Origin: Gemmatimonadaceae bacterium
GTDB taxonomy: Bacteria; Gemmatimonadota; Gemmatimonadetes; Gemmatimonadales; Gemmatimonadaceae
DNA length: 64,000 nucleotides
Direction: 5' to 3'
Assembly: GCA_045803545.1 (NCBI GenBank)
Contig: JBJMOW010000005.1
Coordinates: 768,001-832,000 of the forward strand
Shown here: positions 1 through 10,271 of the stretch, one piece after another
How positions within the stretch are numbered: position 1 is the stretch's first letter
Layout: each line of letters begins with the position of its first letter
Notes under the pieces: generated by a model
The model's database searches: none
Told to the model about the DNA's origin: nothing
The model's input: only the letters and a program-made list of their open reading frames with translations
Translations under genes and position numbers: made by a program

Positions 1-129
1 TCATCGCACGAGTGCAGTAGATCCCGGCATCGCGAGGCATTGCAGAAAGTATTCCCATGATGTCTGTATTTATCGTACAGATGACTCGCTTACGCGTCAC
101 GCATTCGTTCCGCGAGAGAAAGAACTTCT

Positions 130-1038
130 GTGTACGCAACACGACAAAACTTCATCGCGCTTTTCTGGCTCTTCTCGCTCGTTGCATTCGAAGCGGCCAA
201 GCTCACTGCGCAAACGAATCTCACACTGCGAGTTGGCCTCGTTACCAGGGCTAACCCGGTGCCGAGCGCTGCCTCCATTGCGCGCGGGGTACAGCTGGGA
301 GCCGCGGAAGCAGAGAAGACCGCTACTCTGTTTGGTGGCAGCGTTTTGTTGTTCGAAGAATCGGTGACGAGTAGGGCCGAGGCTGCCGCGGCCAGGTTGT
401 TATCGCAACGTAAGGTTCAGTTGCTCGTTGGATCGTCCGCGCAAGACGCCGAGGCGCTCTCACGATTTGCGGAAACGCACGGATTGATTTTCTTCAACGC
501 GGCATCGCGGTCGTCCGCACTGCGCGTGTCGTGCCGTCGTCACACCTTTAACGTCGAGGCGAGCGACTCGATGTACTCCAGCGCGCTCCGCCGACGCACC
601 ACGCCCGGTGTGGCCGATTCAGCCGTTCTGTGGGCGGCATCGCTCGAGAAATATGGAGCCAGCCAAGTCAACGAGCGTTTTCGCAACAGGTACAAGCTGC
701 CAATGGATGGCAGCGCGTGGGCAGGCTGGATTGCGGTGAAAATTGCTGCGGAAGCGGCTCTGCGCGCGCGGTCGGCGCGTCCTGCCGACCTGCTCGCATA
801 TCTCGAGGCTTCGTCGACGTCCTTCGACGGCCACAAAGGCTGGCCACTCAGCTTTCGATCGGTCGATCACCAACTGAGGCAACCTTTATATGTAGTCGCG
901 CGCTTGCCTCGCGGGTCGTTGCCCAGAATTCAGGAGACACCGCAACTGAGCGCGCTCGGTGCCGCGGGCGCGACCGCCAACCAGTTGCTCGACCAACTCA
1001 TGCCGCAAGCATCGAGTTGTAGGCAGAATCGGATATGA
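130..1038 (+). CDS. Periplasmic-binding-protein-like ABC substrate-binding protein, of the type associated with PQQ-dependent alcohol dehydrogenase systems
   Basis: Signal-peptide-like N-terminus; GVQLGAAEA; C-terminal EKYGASQVNERF...AWAGWIAVK...FDGHKGWPLSFR..DHQLRQPL resembles that family; 4-nt overlap with the beta-propeller gene. Confidence 0.65.
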   Translation: MYATRQNFIALFWLFSLVAFEAAKLTAQTNLTLRVGLVTRANPVPSAASIARGVQLGAAEAEKTATLFGGSVLLFEESVTSRAEAAAARLLSQRKVQLLVGSSAQDAEALSRFAETHGLIFFNAASRSSALRVSCRRHTFNVEASDSMYSSALRRRTTPGVADSAVLWAASLEKYGASQVNERFRNRYKLPMDGSAWAGWIAVKIAAEAALRARSARPADLLAYLEASSTSFDGHKGWPLSFRSVDHQLRQPLYVVARLPRGSLPRIQETPQLSALGAAGATANQLLDQLMPQASSCRQNRI

Positions 1039-2018
1039 GCAAGGTCACGTCATGCCTCGCCGGCGTCGTCGCATGCCTTCTGGTTTCCCCGCCGATGTCG
1101 GCGCAAGCACTGATCGCCGTCAGCAACGAGCTCGGACATACTGTCACGCTGATAGATGCCGGGAGTCTCAGAGTCGTGCGCACGATCGGGCTTCCACAGC
1201 GGCCGCGCGGAATAGCGTTCGCGCCGGGCGGCAAGCAGATATTCGTGGCGCTCAGCGATCCGGATATCAGGAGACGAGGCGGCGGTGACGCCATCGCTGC
1301 CATCGATGTCCAGCGCAACACGATCACTGCTCTGTTCCCCGCGGGCAGCGATCCTGAGCGCTTTGCCATAACTCCGGACGGCAAGCGCATGTACTCGGCC
1401 AACGAAGACGGCAACTCAGCGACTGCGACCGATATCGCGTCGCGCAAGGAGATCGCAAGCCTCGTGGTAGGCATTGAGCCTGAGGGCGTAGGCATTACAC
1501 CCGACGGACGGTGGTGCTACGTGACAGCTGAGACCAGCAACAGCGTGTCGGTAATCGACATCCGCGCCAACAAGGTCGTAGCGAATTTTCTCGTCGACGT
1601 GCGGCCGCGCGCCGTTGCCTTCTCCCCGGATGGAAAGCGCGCTTACGTAACCGCAGAAATCGGCGGTACTCTCTCGGTGATCGACACCCGGACACATACG
1701 ATCGCGAAGACAATCCCGCTCGAGAATCGGCAAGGGAAGCCAGTAGGCGTCGCGGTGTCTCCGGACGGCAGATGGATCTACGTCGCGAATGGAAACGCGG
1801 GCGTCGTATCGGTCGTGGATGCGACGCGTAACGCAGTGGTCGGTCGAATAGCAGTTGGAAAGCGACCATGGGGGATAGCGGTGTCGACAGACGGACGCAC
1901 CATCTACACCGCGGACGGGCTGTCCGATACGATGAGCGTGATCGACGCTGCAGCCCGGCGTGTCACTGCCACGGTGAAAGTGGGACGACAGCCGTGGGGG
2001 GTCGCGGTCTCGCCATAA
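1035..2018 (+). CDS. YVTN-type beta-propeller repeat protein (PQQ-catabolism-associated type), secreted
   Basis: About 7 repeats of P.G(I/V)A(F/V/I)(S/T)PDG...YV...SVID; signal peptide ending SAQA. Confidence 0.85.
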   Translation: MSKVTSCLAGVVACLLVSPPMSAQALIAVSNELGHTVTLIDAGSLRVVRTIGLPQRPRGIAFAPGGKQIFVALSDPDIRRRGGGDAIAAIDVQRNTITALFPAGSDPERFAITPDGKRMYSANEDGNSATATDIASRKEIASLVVGIEPEGVGITPDGRWCYVTAETSNSVSVIDIRANKVVANFLVDVRPRAVAFSPDGKRAYVTAEIGGTLSVIDTRTHTIAKTIPLENRQGKPVGVAVSPDGRWIYVANGNAGVVSVVDATRNAVVGRIAVGKRPWGIAVSTDGRTIYTADGLSDTMSVIDAAARRVTATVKVGRQPWGVAVSP

Positions 2019-2020
2019 GA

Positions 2021-2049
2021 AAAAGGGCGCTCGATTCGAGCGCCCTTTT
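2021..2049. terminator. Bidirectional rho-independent terminator
   Basis: AAAAGGGCGCTCGA-T-TCGAGCGCCCTTTT between convergent genes. Confidence 0.85.
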
Positions 2050-2068
2050 GTGTTAAGCCAACCTCAGT

Positions 2069-2923
2069 TTACTGTCGACGCAGCTCGATGCTGCCGTTGA
2101 CACTGCTTGCGCGAATGTCGCGACCGCCGCCGTTCCCGATCGTACCGGAAGCATGGCGCGGTCCCCAGCGTCCCGACATCGTCATCGGAAAGTCGCTGTC
2201 GATGCCACCATGAACGGTGTCGAACCGGAAGTTCGCGTCGAAACGGGCGGGAACGTAGATCGAAACAGATCCGTTCACGGTCTTGAAGGTCATGTCGTCG
2301 TTACCCTGCAGCGCGGTCATGCGCGCATCGACGTTGCCGTTGACCGTCTCAGCGCTGACTGGCCCGTTCGCGGTCGAAACGTCGACGCCACCGTTCACCG
2401 TGTGCGCTACCACCGGCCCGGCGCTGTTGCGCACGTTCACACCGCCGTTGACTGACTCGGCGCGGACCTGCGCGCCAACATCACTGACTGACACGCCGCC
2501 GTTCACAGAGTGTGCGCCGACTCTGACAGTCCGCGGCACACGCACCGTGATCTTCACCGAGGTGTGGTTTTCGTTATTGCTCCGGTTGTGGAGATTCTCG
2601 ACGCCACCGTCTTCACAACGCGCGTTGTCGTTCCAGATCGCGCAGATCGTGACATTGCCGCCCGACTGCACGACTTCATAGTGAATGTCGTCCTGGTCGC
2701 GCCCGTCACGAGTTCTTTTCTCCGCTACCAGATGCACCTGGCCGTCGTCACTCGGCATAAAATCCACCGAGCCATTGACGTTGAACACGTGCATCCAACG
2801 TCCCGCTTCTACCCGGCCATCCCAGCGCCAGGTGTTCGAATCGCGTCCGTATTGCTGCTGGGCGCCTATGGCCGGCGCTACGAGGAGCAAGGCGAGAACC
2901 GCGCTCAGTCTCATCCCTTTCAT
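2069..2923 (-). CDS. DUF4097-family beta-strand-repeat protein, secreted
   Basis: Signal peptide; repeated (S/T)VNG(G/S/N)V motifs. Confidence 0.8.
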   Translation of the reverse strand: MKGMRLSAVLALLLVAPAIGAQQQYGRDSNTWRWDGRVEAGRWMHVFNVNGSVDFMPSDDGQVHLVAEKRTRDGRDQDDIHYEVVQSGGNVTICAIWNDNARCEDGGVENLHNRSNNENHTSVKITVRVPRTVRVGAHSVNGGVSVSDVGAQVRAESVNGGVNVRNSAGPVVAHTVNGGVDVSTANGPVSAETVNGNVDARMTALQGNDDMTFKTVNGSVSIYVPARFDANFRFDTVHGGIDSDFPMTMSGRWGPRHASGTIGNGGGRDIRASSVNGSIELRRQ

Positions 2924-3867
2924 TCTTCTTCTCTCCGGGTGGAGTCTCCGTTATTGATTACAATGCGCCCGCTGAATGTCGTCGCTGTAACCCTCGCCCT
3001 GCCATCGCCAAGCGTGAACTCCATGTGCCCTTCACTGCGTCGCGGACGCGCTGGAATGGTCACCGGGAAGCTCGTGCTGACGTCACCGCTGAAGGTGTCG
3101 ACGCTGAAGGAAGCGCCAGCATCCTTCGGAATGTCCATCCGTATGGTCCCCGAGTGCGACTCGAATCCATATCGGCCGGACGGTTCGATGGTTCCTACAT
3201 ATATGATGTCGCCACTGACCGTTTCGGTTTTAACATCGCGCGACTTGATTCCCGTCAGCCTGATCGTTCCGCTGACCGAGCTCGCTTCGACGTTCCCCGA
3301 CACGTTCTCGGCTCTCAGGTCGCCACTCACCGTCTCAGCTCGCAGGTTGCCGTTCACGTTGAACGCGTGCGCGGATCCGGACACAGATTCCACACTGGCG
3401 TTGCGCAGCGCATCGGAGATTTCCGCGTCGCCACTCACGCTCGTCGCCTCGACCTCGCCTTGTGATCCCTTGGCACTGACATCGCCCGAAACAGCTTCGA
3501 GAATCAGCCGAACGCCACGCGGAACCGAGACATCGTATTGAGCCTCGCCGACGTTGCCATGACCGTGACGACCGCGACGGCCGCCTTCATCGTCGACGCC
3601 CAACGTTATTCTCGAGGAATTGGCGCTCAGATCGAGATAACCGCTCTCGATCGACGCTTTGATATGGACATCGGGCCGATCCCAGCCGACGACGCGAATG
3701 CGGCCCGAGATGAGTGAAAGATCGACGGCGCCACCGCGGTCCAGACGCAGCGTCGTATCGATCTGCGTGAATTGTTCCTCGTCCTGGGCGCACGCCGAGC
3801 TCGGAGCGGCCCACACCAGAAGCGCGACGGCAAACCCCGTAAGCTTGAGTGAAGTAGTCATTGTCAT
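2920..3867 (-). CDS. DUF4097-family beta-strand-repeat protein, secreted
   Basis: Signal peptide; repeated (T/S)VSGD(V/L/I) motifs; coupled to neighbours by 4-nt overlaps. Confidence 0.8.
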   Translation of the reverse strand: MTMTTSLKLTGFAVALLVWAAPSSACAQDEEQFTQIDTTLRLDRGGAVDLSLISGRIRVVGWDRPDVHIKASIESGYLDLSANSSRITLGVDDEGGRRGRHGHGNVGEAQYDVSVPRGVRLILEAVSGDVSAKGSQGEVEATSVSGDAEISDALRNASVESVSGSAHAFNVNGNLRAETVSGDLRAENVSGNVEASSVSGTIRLTGIKSRDVKTETVSGDIIYVGTIEPSGRYGFESHSGTIRMDIPKDAGASFSVDTFSGDVSTSFPVTIPARPRRSEGHMEFTLGDGRARVTATTFSGRIVINNGDSTRREEE

Positions 3868-4697
3868 GTATTGACCGGCAGCATTGCTGCGCGGCGGAGA
3901 AGCTCGACTTTCTGGTCGAGCGCATGAGTCAGTTGGTCAGTGAGAAGTCTGCTGGCAGGATCATGAGCCAACGCGGCTTTGCTCTGCTCGATGGCGAGGT
4001 CGATGATCTGTAGATTTCTCTCGATGATCGCGACCGTTGTGGAATCGAGCTGAGTTTTCCGGTCAGTTACGATCCGCTGCAGCATGTCGATTTCCCTGCT
4101 GTAAACGGCTTCCGATGGAACTCCCGGGTCGTTCACCAGGCGAAGAGTCGCATCGCTTTGTGTCCCGACGCTGTTTCGGCTGGAGCTACCAGTCCTGGCA
4201 GCGGACGTTGCAGGCTGCGATGCCTCGGAAGGAGTCTGCGTCACCGCAACCTGCGGAGTGGAGGAATCGCCCTGATTGGGCTGATTCACCTTCGCAGCGG
4301 ATGCGGATGGAATTGGAGCGGCTGCAACGGTGCCCCGGAATGAGCGGGCGGTAAGGATGTATGTAATGCCGGCGGTGCTGACGATGAGAGCCGCGGCCGC
4401 GATCCCCATCCAAGTCGGCGCAAAGCGCCGTGGGCGCTCCGGCCGCGTCGCAAGCGGAATAACCGGCGCCGCGATACGAGTTTCGATTCCCTGCCACAGA
4501 TCACGCGATGGCGCCAGATCGGGAAGCTTGCCCGCCTCCGCCTCGATGTTGCGGAGATCCCTCGCCAGGCCGGTGCAACGCACACACTCTCTCAAGTGCC
4601 CTTCGACTGCTGGACGTAGCGATCCCTCAAGCATGCCCTCGAGATAATCCGGGAGCGCCTCGTCGAACGCTGCGCAGGTCATGTTGGAGTTTGTCAT
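3864..4697 (-). CDS. Zinc-finger (ZAS/zf-HC2) membrane anti-sigma factor
   Basis: HLRECVRC (HxxxCxxC) near the N-terminus, one TM segment (WMGIAAAALIVSTAGITYIL); directly downstream of an ECF sigma gene. Confidence 0.85.
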   Translation of the reverse strand: MTNSNMTCAAFDEALPDYLEGMLEGSLRPAVEGHLRECVRCTGLARDLRNIEAEAGKLPDLAPSRDLWQGIETRIAAPVIPLATRPERPRRFAPTWMGIAAAALIVSTAGITYILTARSFRGTVAAAPIPSASAAKVNQPNQGDSSTPQVAVTQTPSEASQPATSAARTGSSSRNSVGTQSDATLRLVNDPGVPSEAVYSREIDMLQRIVTDRKTQLDSTTVAIIERNLQIIDLAIEQSKAALAHDPASRLLTDQLTHALDQKVELLRRAAMLPVNT

Positions 4698-5317
4698 CGT
4701 TGCAGTGCCTCTCTCAAAAGAAGTCTCGCGCGATGCAGCTGCGCCTTACTTCCACCCGAGGTGATTCCCATCATCTCGGCAATTTCTTCGTGTTTGTACC
4801 CTTCGACATCGTGGAGCACGAATATCTTCCGCGCTCCCTCCGGCAGCTTCGAAATTGCCTCTGCCAGGTCCATCCTTTCAATCAGCAGCGGAGCACGCGA
4901 CATCTCGTCTCTCCGCTCGTCTTCGACATCACTTTGCTCGGTCCGCGAGGCGTGCTTGCCTTCGATCTTCCTCGCATTCAGTACAACGTTTACCGCCAGC
5001 CGGTGCAGCCATGTCGAGAACGCGCTCTCGCCACGAAACTGCGGGAGCTTTTCCCACGTGCGGACGAAGACATCCTGGGTCAGCTCCTCACCCCTCGATC
5101 GGCTCCCCGACATCCGCGCACAGAGCGTGAAAACCCTGTTGGCGTGCGTGCGGTACAGCCTCTCGAAAGCCTGACGATCTCCAGTCGCGGCCAGAGCCAC
5201 GTCGGCGGTATCACCCATTGGCGCGCGTACCACGTTTGATCTCGACGTCGCCCCCAAACCTGCCATCAGATCGTCTTCCGGCTCTTGTTGGGTGATTGGA
5301 TACTCTGGCTGGCTCAA
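4694..5317 (-). CDS. ECF RNA polymerase sigma factor (start uncertain; ATG at 5266 is an alternative)
   Basis: Region 2 EELTQDVFVRTWEKL..F.G.SAFSTWLHRLAVN; region 4 LPEGARKIFVLHDVEGYKHEEIA. Confidence 0.92.
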   Translation of the reverse strand: MSQPEYPITQQEPEDDLMAGLGATSRSNVVRAPMGDTADVALAATGDRQAFERLYRTHANRVFTLCARMSGSRSRGEELTQDVFVRTWEKLPQFRGESAFSTWLHRLAVNVVLNARKIEGKHASRTEQSDVEDERRDEMSRAPLLIERMDLAEAISKLPEGARKIFVLHDVEGYKHEEIAEMMGITSGGSKAQLHRARLLLREALQR

Positions 5318-5440
5318 TGGTTTGAATGGACGGCAACGGTGATTTTCTGGCGCTGTCCTTATGACAGCCCCAGCCCGGTTACGGGTTTGAAATGGCCTTC
5401 GGCGGGGCTTCGGCGGGCTAATCGGCTGAAAACTGCGTTT

Positions 5441-6547
5441 TCAGGCATCCTCTGGCGCCAAACCGAGCGCCCGGGCGATTTCGCTCGCCGCGCGCCCCAC
5501 GCCTGCCGCCGTTTGCGCCACCAAAGTCACATGCCCAACCTTTCTCTTTTCGGTCGGGGCCTTCCCATAGAGATGCAGGTGGGCGCCCTCGATCGCCACT
5601 ACGTCATTTATCGCGGGAATGTGTCCGAGGATGTTGTACATCACCGACCGCCCACGCAGCTGAGTGACGCCGAGTGGCAAATCGAGAATCGCGCGGAGAT
5701 GGTTCTCGAACTGACTGGTCTCGGCACCTTCGATCGTCCAATGCCCCGAATTGTGGACCCGCGGCGCGATCTCATTAGCCATCACAGTTCCATTGACTGC
5801 GAAGAGCTCGAGCGCCATCACGCCGACGTACTTCAACCGGTCCATGATCCTCCGACAGTGATCGATCGCGACAGCTGCGACCTCCGGCGTAATATTGGGC
5901 GCCGGTGACTCCGAGCGCCGCAGGACGCCTTCGCGGTGCCTGTTCTCTACGGGCGGATAGAAGACCTCGGCGCCGCTGACGTTGCGGACGCCCAACACCG
6001 AAAGTTCGTGCTGGAATGGGACGAACTGTTCGAGAATCAGGGGAGATTTGGCAAGCGAGCGAAACGCCGCGTCGACGTCGCTGCTGTGACGGAGCACGTA
6101 CTGGCCCTTCCCGTCGTAGCCAAGTCGTCGAGTCTTCAGCACTGCCGGCAACCCGATCTCGCTGGCCGCTCGCCTCAAATCTTCGATGCTATCGACTGCG
6201 GCGAACTTCGGCGTCGGAATGCCGAGCGCCTGGAAGAGTTGTTTTTCGAATAATCGATCCTGCGCGGTCTCGAGCGCTTTCACAGGTGGAAATACTTTTA
6301 CCCGTTCGGCGACGAATTCCACGGCGGACAGAGGGATGGATTCGAATTCGTAAGTGACCACGTCGACATCCTCGAGAAATCGACCGAGTGCGCTGCGATC
6401 GTCGTAGTTGCCGGCAATCAGCTCGCCGATTTGTCCGACTGGTGCGCCCGAATTTGGATCCAAGAATCGAAATTCAATGCCAAGTTGATAGCCCGCGAGT
6501 GCCAGCATTCTCCCGAGCTGGCCACCACCGAGTATTCCGATTCTCAC
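5441..6547 (-). CDS. purK: N5-carboxyaminoimidazole ribonucleotide synthase
   Basis: [39 protein letters not shown]. Confidence 0.97.
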   Translation of the reverse strand: MRIGILGGGQLGRMLALAGYQLGIEFRFLDPNSGAPVGQIGELIAGNYDDRSALGRFLEDVDVVTYEFESIPLSAVEFVAERVKVFPPVKALETAQDRLFEKQLFQALGIPTPKFAAVDSIEDLRRAASEIGLPAVLKTRRLGYDGKGQYVLRHSSDVDAAFRSLAKSPLILEQFVPFQHELSVLGVRNVSGAEVFYPPVENRHREGVLRRSESPAPNITPEVAAVAIDHCRRIMDRLKYVGVMALELFAVNGTVMANEIAPRVHNSGHWTIEGAETSQFENHLRAILDLPLGVTQLRGRSVMYNILGHIPAINDVVAIEGAHLHLYGKAPTEKRKVGHVTLVAQTAAGVGRAASEIARALGLAPEDA

Positions 6548-7041
6548 TCGTTCTTCGCCGGGTCCGATTGAGCAAGGACGGCACTGGTTTGCTCGCTGCG
6601 AAACGCCTTCAGTCGCTCGCGGATCTCCGGTTGATCAAGCGCAATTATCGATGCCGCGAGAAGTGCCGCGTTGATCGCGCCGGCCTTGCCGATCGCCAGC
6701 GTTCCCACTGGGACGCCCGCTGGCATCTGAACGATGGAGAGCAGCGAGTCGATCCCCTGCAGTGTTTTCGTCTCGACCGGAACACCGAGGACGGGTAAGG
6801 TGGTTTTTGCCGCCGCCATTCCAGGGAGGTGCGCGGATCCGCCCGCGCCCGCAATGATCACGCGAATGCCCCGCTTCTCCGCTGCCTCCGCATACTCGAA
6901 CAGGAGATCTGGGGTCCGATGCGCGGAGACGACACGTGTCTCGTTGGCGACGCCGAGCGAGTCGAGCATCTGCGCGGCGTGCTGCATCGTCTCCCAGTCT
7001 GACTTTGAGCCCATGATGATTCCAACTAGCGGGTCAGTCAT
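6544..7041 (-). CDS. purE: N5-CAIR mutase (start trimmed to ATG 7041)
   Basis: [36 protein letters not shown]. Confidence 0.97.
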   Translation of the reverse strand: MTDPLVGIIMGSKSDWETMQHAAQMLDSLGVANETRVVSAHRTPDLLFEYAEAAEKRGIRVIIAGAGGSAHLPGMAAAKTTLPVLGVPVETKTLQGIDSLLSIVQMPAGVPVGTLAIGKAGAINAALLAASIIALDQPEIRERLKAFRSEQTSAVLAQSDPAKNE

Positions 7042-7864
7042 CGGCGTCCTCGAAGTAATCGTCCTCCGGATCATCCTCGTCGGGAATGCCGACGTCGGCG
7101 AGCACCTGTTGCTGCTCGCGGTCGTCGAGGTCGCTCTGGTGCTGTAGCTCGAGCAACAGATCGCTGATGCGGCAAAAGCTTTTCCGATGGTGGGGAGTGA
7201 TGCCGTAAGAGGTGAGACCAACCACGTGCTCGCGCGTGGTGTAGCCGGCGTTGTGATCCCAGATGTACTGCGGATAACGCTGCGCCAGCCGCGTCATCAG
7301 CAGATCGCGCGTTACTTTGGCGAGAATCGACGCACAAGCGATACTGAAGCAGCGACGATCGCCTTTCACGACCGCGGTGTGCGCGATCGGCAACGTGCGC
7401 ATCGCGCGTCCGTCGATGACGACGTGGTCGGGCTTGACGCGCAGGCGTGTGAGTGCGCGCTGCATTGCCAGCACGCTCGCCTGATAGATGTTGATTGTGT
7501 CGATCTCGCGTACGGATGCTGCGCCGATGGCAAAAGCAACAGCGCGCTCGCGGATCTTGCCGGCGAGACGCACGCGTTGGTCGTGGGTCAGCAGTTTGGA
7601 GTCATCGACACCGGCGATCGCGCGCGTATCGGGAGGCATGATCACGGCGCACGCGACGACTGGACCTGCGATTGGTCCGCGACCTACTTCGTCGACGCCG
7701 GCAAGGAGCGGCCCCTTCTCGAGCCGCAGGTCGCGCTCGATCGTCGTCCAGCGCTTGCGGCGCGGAACGCGGCGACGATGTGGTTTTAGTTGGTCGTTCG
7801 GGGACGGAGTGGGATCGCTTATCGGGGTCGAGTTGGGGGAGCCCGATTCGACCTCGTCCTGCAC
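7034..7864 (-). CDS. rnhB: Ribonuclease HII with an acidic C-terminal tail
   Basis: [19 protein letters not shown]...[14 protein letters not shown]. Confidence 0.95.
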   Translation of the reverse strand: MQDEVESGSPNSTPISDPTPSPNDQLKPHRRRVPRRKRWTTIERDLRLEKGPLLAGVDEVGRGPIAGPVVACAVIMPPDTRAIAGVDDSKLLTHDQRVRLAGKIRERAVAFAIGAASVREIDTINIYQASVLAMQRALTRLRVKPDHVVIDGRAMRTLPIAHTAVVKGDRRCFSIACASILAKVTRDLLMTRLAQRYPQYIWDHNAGYTTREHVVGLTSYGITPHHRKSFCRISDLLLELQHQSDLDDREQQQVLADVGIPDEDDPEDDYFEDADD

Positions 7865-7891
7865 TCTACTCAGCCCGCCCGTTAAAAGGCG

Positions 7892-8302
7892 TTAGGCCCC
7901 GGACCCGGCGCCGGTTTCAGCGGCAGCCGTGTCGATGGTCTCCGAGCCAGGCACCATGACCTTCGCCTTCCGCTCTCTGATGCGGGTCGCCTTGCCGGTG
8001 AGGTGACGCAGGTAGTACAGCTTGGCTCGCCGTACGCGACCGCGACGCACGACCAAGATCTCGGAGATCATTGGGCTGTGGAGCGGGAAAATGCGCTCGA
8101 CGCCGATTCCGTTGGAAATCTTGCGCACTGTGAACGTCGCGCTGACACCGCTACCGCGCTTGGCAATGCAAACGCCCTCGAACGCCTGGAGTCTTTCCTT
8201 ATCACCTTCGCGAACGCGGACATTGACGCGAAGTGTGTCGCCGGCCCTAAATGCCGGGACCTTACGGAGCCACTCTTTTTGGGTTTCGATAAAGGGGTGC
8301 AT
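7892..8302 (-). CDS. rplS: 50S ribosomal protein L19
   Basis: [44 protein letters not shown]. Confidence 0.98.
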   Translation of the reverse strand: MHPFIETQKEWLRKVPAFRAGDTLRVNVRVREGDKERLQAFEGVCIAKRGSGVSATFTVRKISNGIGVERIFPLHSPMISEILVVRRGRVRRAKLYYLRHLTGKATRIRERKAKVMVPGSETIDTAAAETGAGSGA

Positions 8303-8430
8303 ATGACGCTCTCGGCTGAGGTTACAGCCTGTGGGAAAGACTTGTTTAACGTGTTTGCGGACAGCCTCGAAAAGTAAACCCCGAAACCACTCAACGCCAG
8401 CGTTCCACGTCTTCGGACGGAGCTATTCGC

Positions 8431-9108
8431 CTAGTCGGATGTTGCCCTGCTCGCCCCTCTTAGTGCCGTCAGACGCGCACCCTGGTCGGCACGCCAACGG
8501 TCGATGCTGGCGTGATCTCCCGACAGCAATACGTCAGGGACCTTATAGCCACGGAATTCGGGAGGTCGGGTGTAGCTCGGCGCGCTCAGCCCCCGGCCAA
8601 AGAATGAATCCCCACGGGCGCTGTCCAGGTCGGACATCGATCCGGGGAGCAGTCGCACGGTGGCGTCGATGATCGCCAGCGCTGCCGCCTCACCTCCGCT
8701 CAGGACAAAATCGCCCAGCGATATCTCCTCGGTCGCCAGATGATCGGCGACTCGCTGATCGATGTCTTTGTAATGGCCGCACAGCAGTGTGAGCTCGCCG
8801 CCGGCCGCGAATCGTTCGGCATCGCCGTGGGCGAACACTTTTCCGCGAGGCGAAAGCAGAACAATCGGCGGGTTGGCGCTCAGGGATTCAACCGCCTCGA
8901 AGAACGGTCCGGGTTTCATCACCATTCCGGCGCCGCCGCCATATGGGTAGTCATCGACTGTGCGGTGCTTATCGTGCGTGAAATCGCGAAGATCGATGAT
9001 GTTATAGCTGACGCTGCCCGCCGCAGCCGCCCGAGATGGAATGCTCAGTGACAGCGGGCCGGCAAAGAATTCAGGGAAGATCGTGACGACGTTGATCTTG
9101 AGCGTCAC
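8431..9108 (-). CDS. trmD: tRNA (guanine37-N1)-methyltransferase
   Basis: VDDYPYGGGAGMVM, EISLGDFVLSGGE, YTRP; conserved operon position. Confidence 0.97.
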   Translation of the reverse strand: MTLKINVVTIFPEFFAGPLSLSIPSRAAAAGSVSYNIIDLRDFTHDKHRTVDDYPYGGGAGMVMKPGPFFEAVESLSANPPIVLLSPRGKVFAHGDAERFAAGGELTLLCGHYKDIDQRVADHLATEEISLGDFVLSGGEAAALAIIDATVRLLPGSMSDLDSARGDSFFGRGLSAPSYTRPPEFRGYKVPDVLLSGDHASIDRWRADQGARLTALRGASRATSD

Positions 9109-9110
9109 GT

Positions 9111-9686
9111 TTAGATCGGTTCACCGGAGTACGTGTCGGTGAAACCCATCGCTTCATTGATCACGACCGTTCGCGCGGCGACATCGGTGCGGACAATCAC
9201 TTCCGGTCGATACGGCACCAGGATGCTGCCCTTCGGTGTCTCGAGGTCGAGGATGATGCCCTGCGGGAGCTCGTAAAAAGTCTTCACAGTGCCGATCGGC
9301 TCACCGGTACTCGATTCCGCTTTCATCCCGATCAAGTCGTGGAGATAGACCTCGTCTCCTTCGGGTGGCGGCAACTCACTGAAGCGAGCGAGCAGATAGC
9401 GTCCCCGCCACAGCTCGGCGCTGTCCCGATCCGCGATTTCCTCGAAGCGGACGATCCAACCCTGCTTATAGGGCCGCGAATCGGAGATGGTGAGCGTGGG
9501 AATCTCTTCCTCGCCTTTTACGTCGTGGGTGATCGCGGGATCGCCATCGGCGGTACCTGCAAAAACACGACTGCCGGACGCGAAGATCACGTCCGGCTTG
9601 TCGGTAAGAGGCTCGACGATCACCTCGCCACGAATTCCCTGTGCTTTGCGAATCAGTCCGACGAGGGCGTATTCCGCATCAGACAT
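9111..9686 (-). CDS. rimM: 16S rRNA processing protein RimM (start trimmed to ATG 9686)
   Basis: VGLIRKAQGIRGEV, EVYLHDLIGM; lies between rpsP and trmD. Confidence 0.93.
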   Translation of the reverse strand: MSDAEYALVGLIRKAQGIRGEVIVEPLTDKPDVIFASGSRVFAGTADGDPAITHDVKGEEEIPTLTISDSRPYKQGWIVRFEEIADRDSAELWRGRYLLARFSELPPPEGDEVYLHDLIGMKAESSTGEPIGTVKTFYELPQGIILDLETPKGSILVPYRPEVIVRTDVAARTVVINEAMGFTDTYSGEPI

Positions 9687-9702
9687 TCCGCCTCCCGCTC
9701 GC

Positions 9703-10008
9703 TCAGCCCTCTGCGACAGGAACCGCGCCTGGCTGGCGCTCGATTCCCTTTCTCTGCTCGTGGCGACGCTTGAGGATGCCGGCTCGCCGAAGGAGCGACC
9801 GTACAGTGTCGGTCGGTTGGGCGCCCTGATTGAGCCAATGGTTTGCTCTCGCTTCGTCGATGTTGAGCGAGCCCTCACTTTTCCGGGGAGCGTACTGACC
9901 GATGACTTCGATGAACTTGCCGTCGCGTGGCATCTGCGAATCCGCGATGAGAATGCGATAGAACGGCGCGTTTTTGCGTCCGACACGACGGAGGCGAATC
10001 TTTACCAT
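9703..10008 (-). CDS. rpsP: 30S ribosomal protein S16 (start trimmed to ATG 10008)
   Basis: MVKIRLRRVG, PRDGKFIE, WLNQGAQPTDTV; AGGAG upstream. Confidence 0.97.
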   Translation of the reverse strand: MVKIRLRRVGRKNAPFYRILIADSQMPRDGKFIEVIGQYAPRKSEGSLNIDEARANHWLNQGAQPTDTVRSLLRRAGILKRRHEQRKGIERQPGAVPVAEG

Positions 10009-10122
10009 TTGGTACTTCTCCCTGGAGGGTGAAAAATGAGGCGCTTTCGCGCCTCTAAACCGGGCTCCTCGCGACGCCGGCAATTCCGACTCGCACCCGG
10101 TGAACAAGATCAGGCAATTTAA

Positions 10123-10268
10123 ATGACTTAGGGCCGAGGACCAAGTGCATCGATCACCGAGGATTAAGTGAGGATTGTCGACGACCGACGATTCGCGTGA
10201 TCCTCGATTGTCTTCGATCAGCAATTAGTCCGCGGTGATCGATGCGTTGGTCCTCGGCCCTCAGTCAT
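10123..10268. repeat. Long imperfect inverted repeat (about 45-bp arms) between ffh and rpsP
   Basis: Left arm 10123-10167 ATGACTTAGGGCCGAGGACCAAGTGCATCGATCACCGAGGATTAA matches the reverse complement of 10225-10268 (ATGACTGAGGGCCGAGGACCAACGCATCGATCACCGCGGACTAA) with a few mismatches and one gap. Confidence 0.85.
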
Positions 10269-10271
10269 CGC

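Noticed and set aside
2510..3541. 343-aa plus-strand ORF
   Set aside because: Antisense to the two DUF4097 genes; no recognisable features
10010..10270. Possible SRP RNA next to ffh
   Set aside because: The conserved SRP domain IV core (CAGG...GGAA...AGCAG) is not present on either strand; the structure is a long inverted repeat
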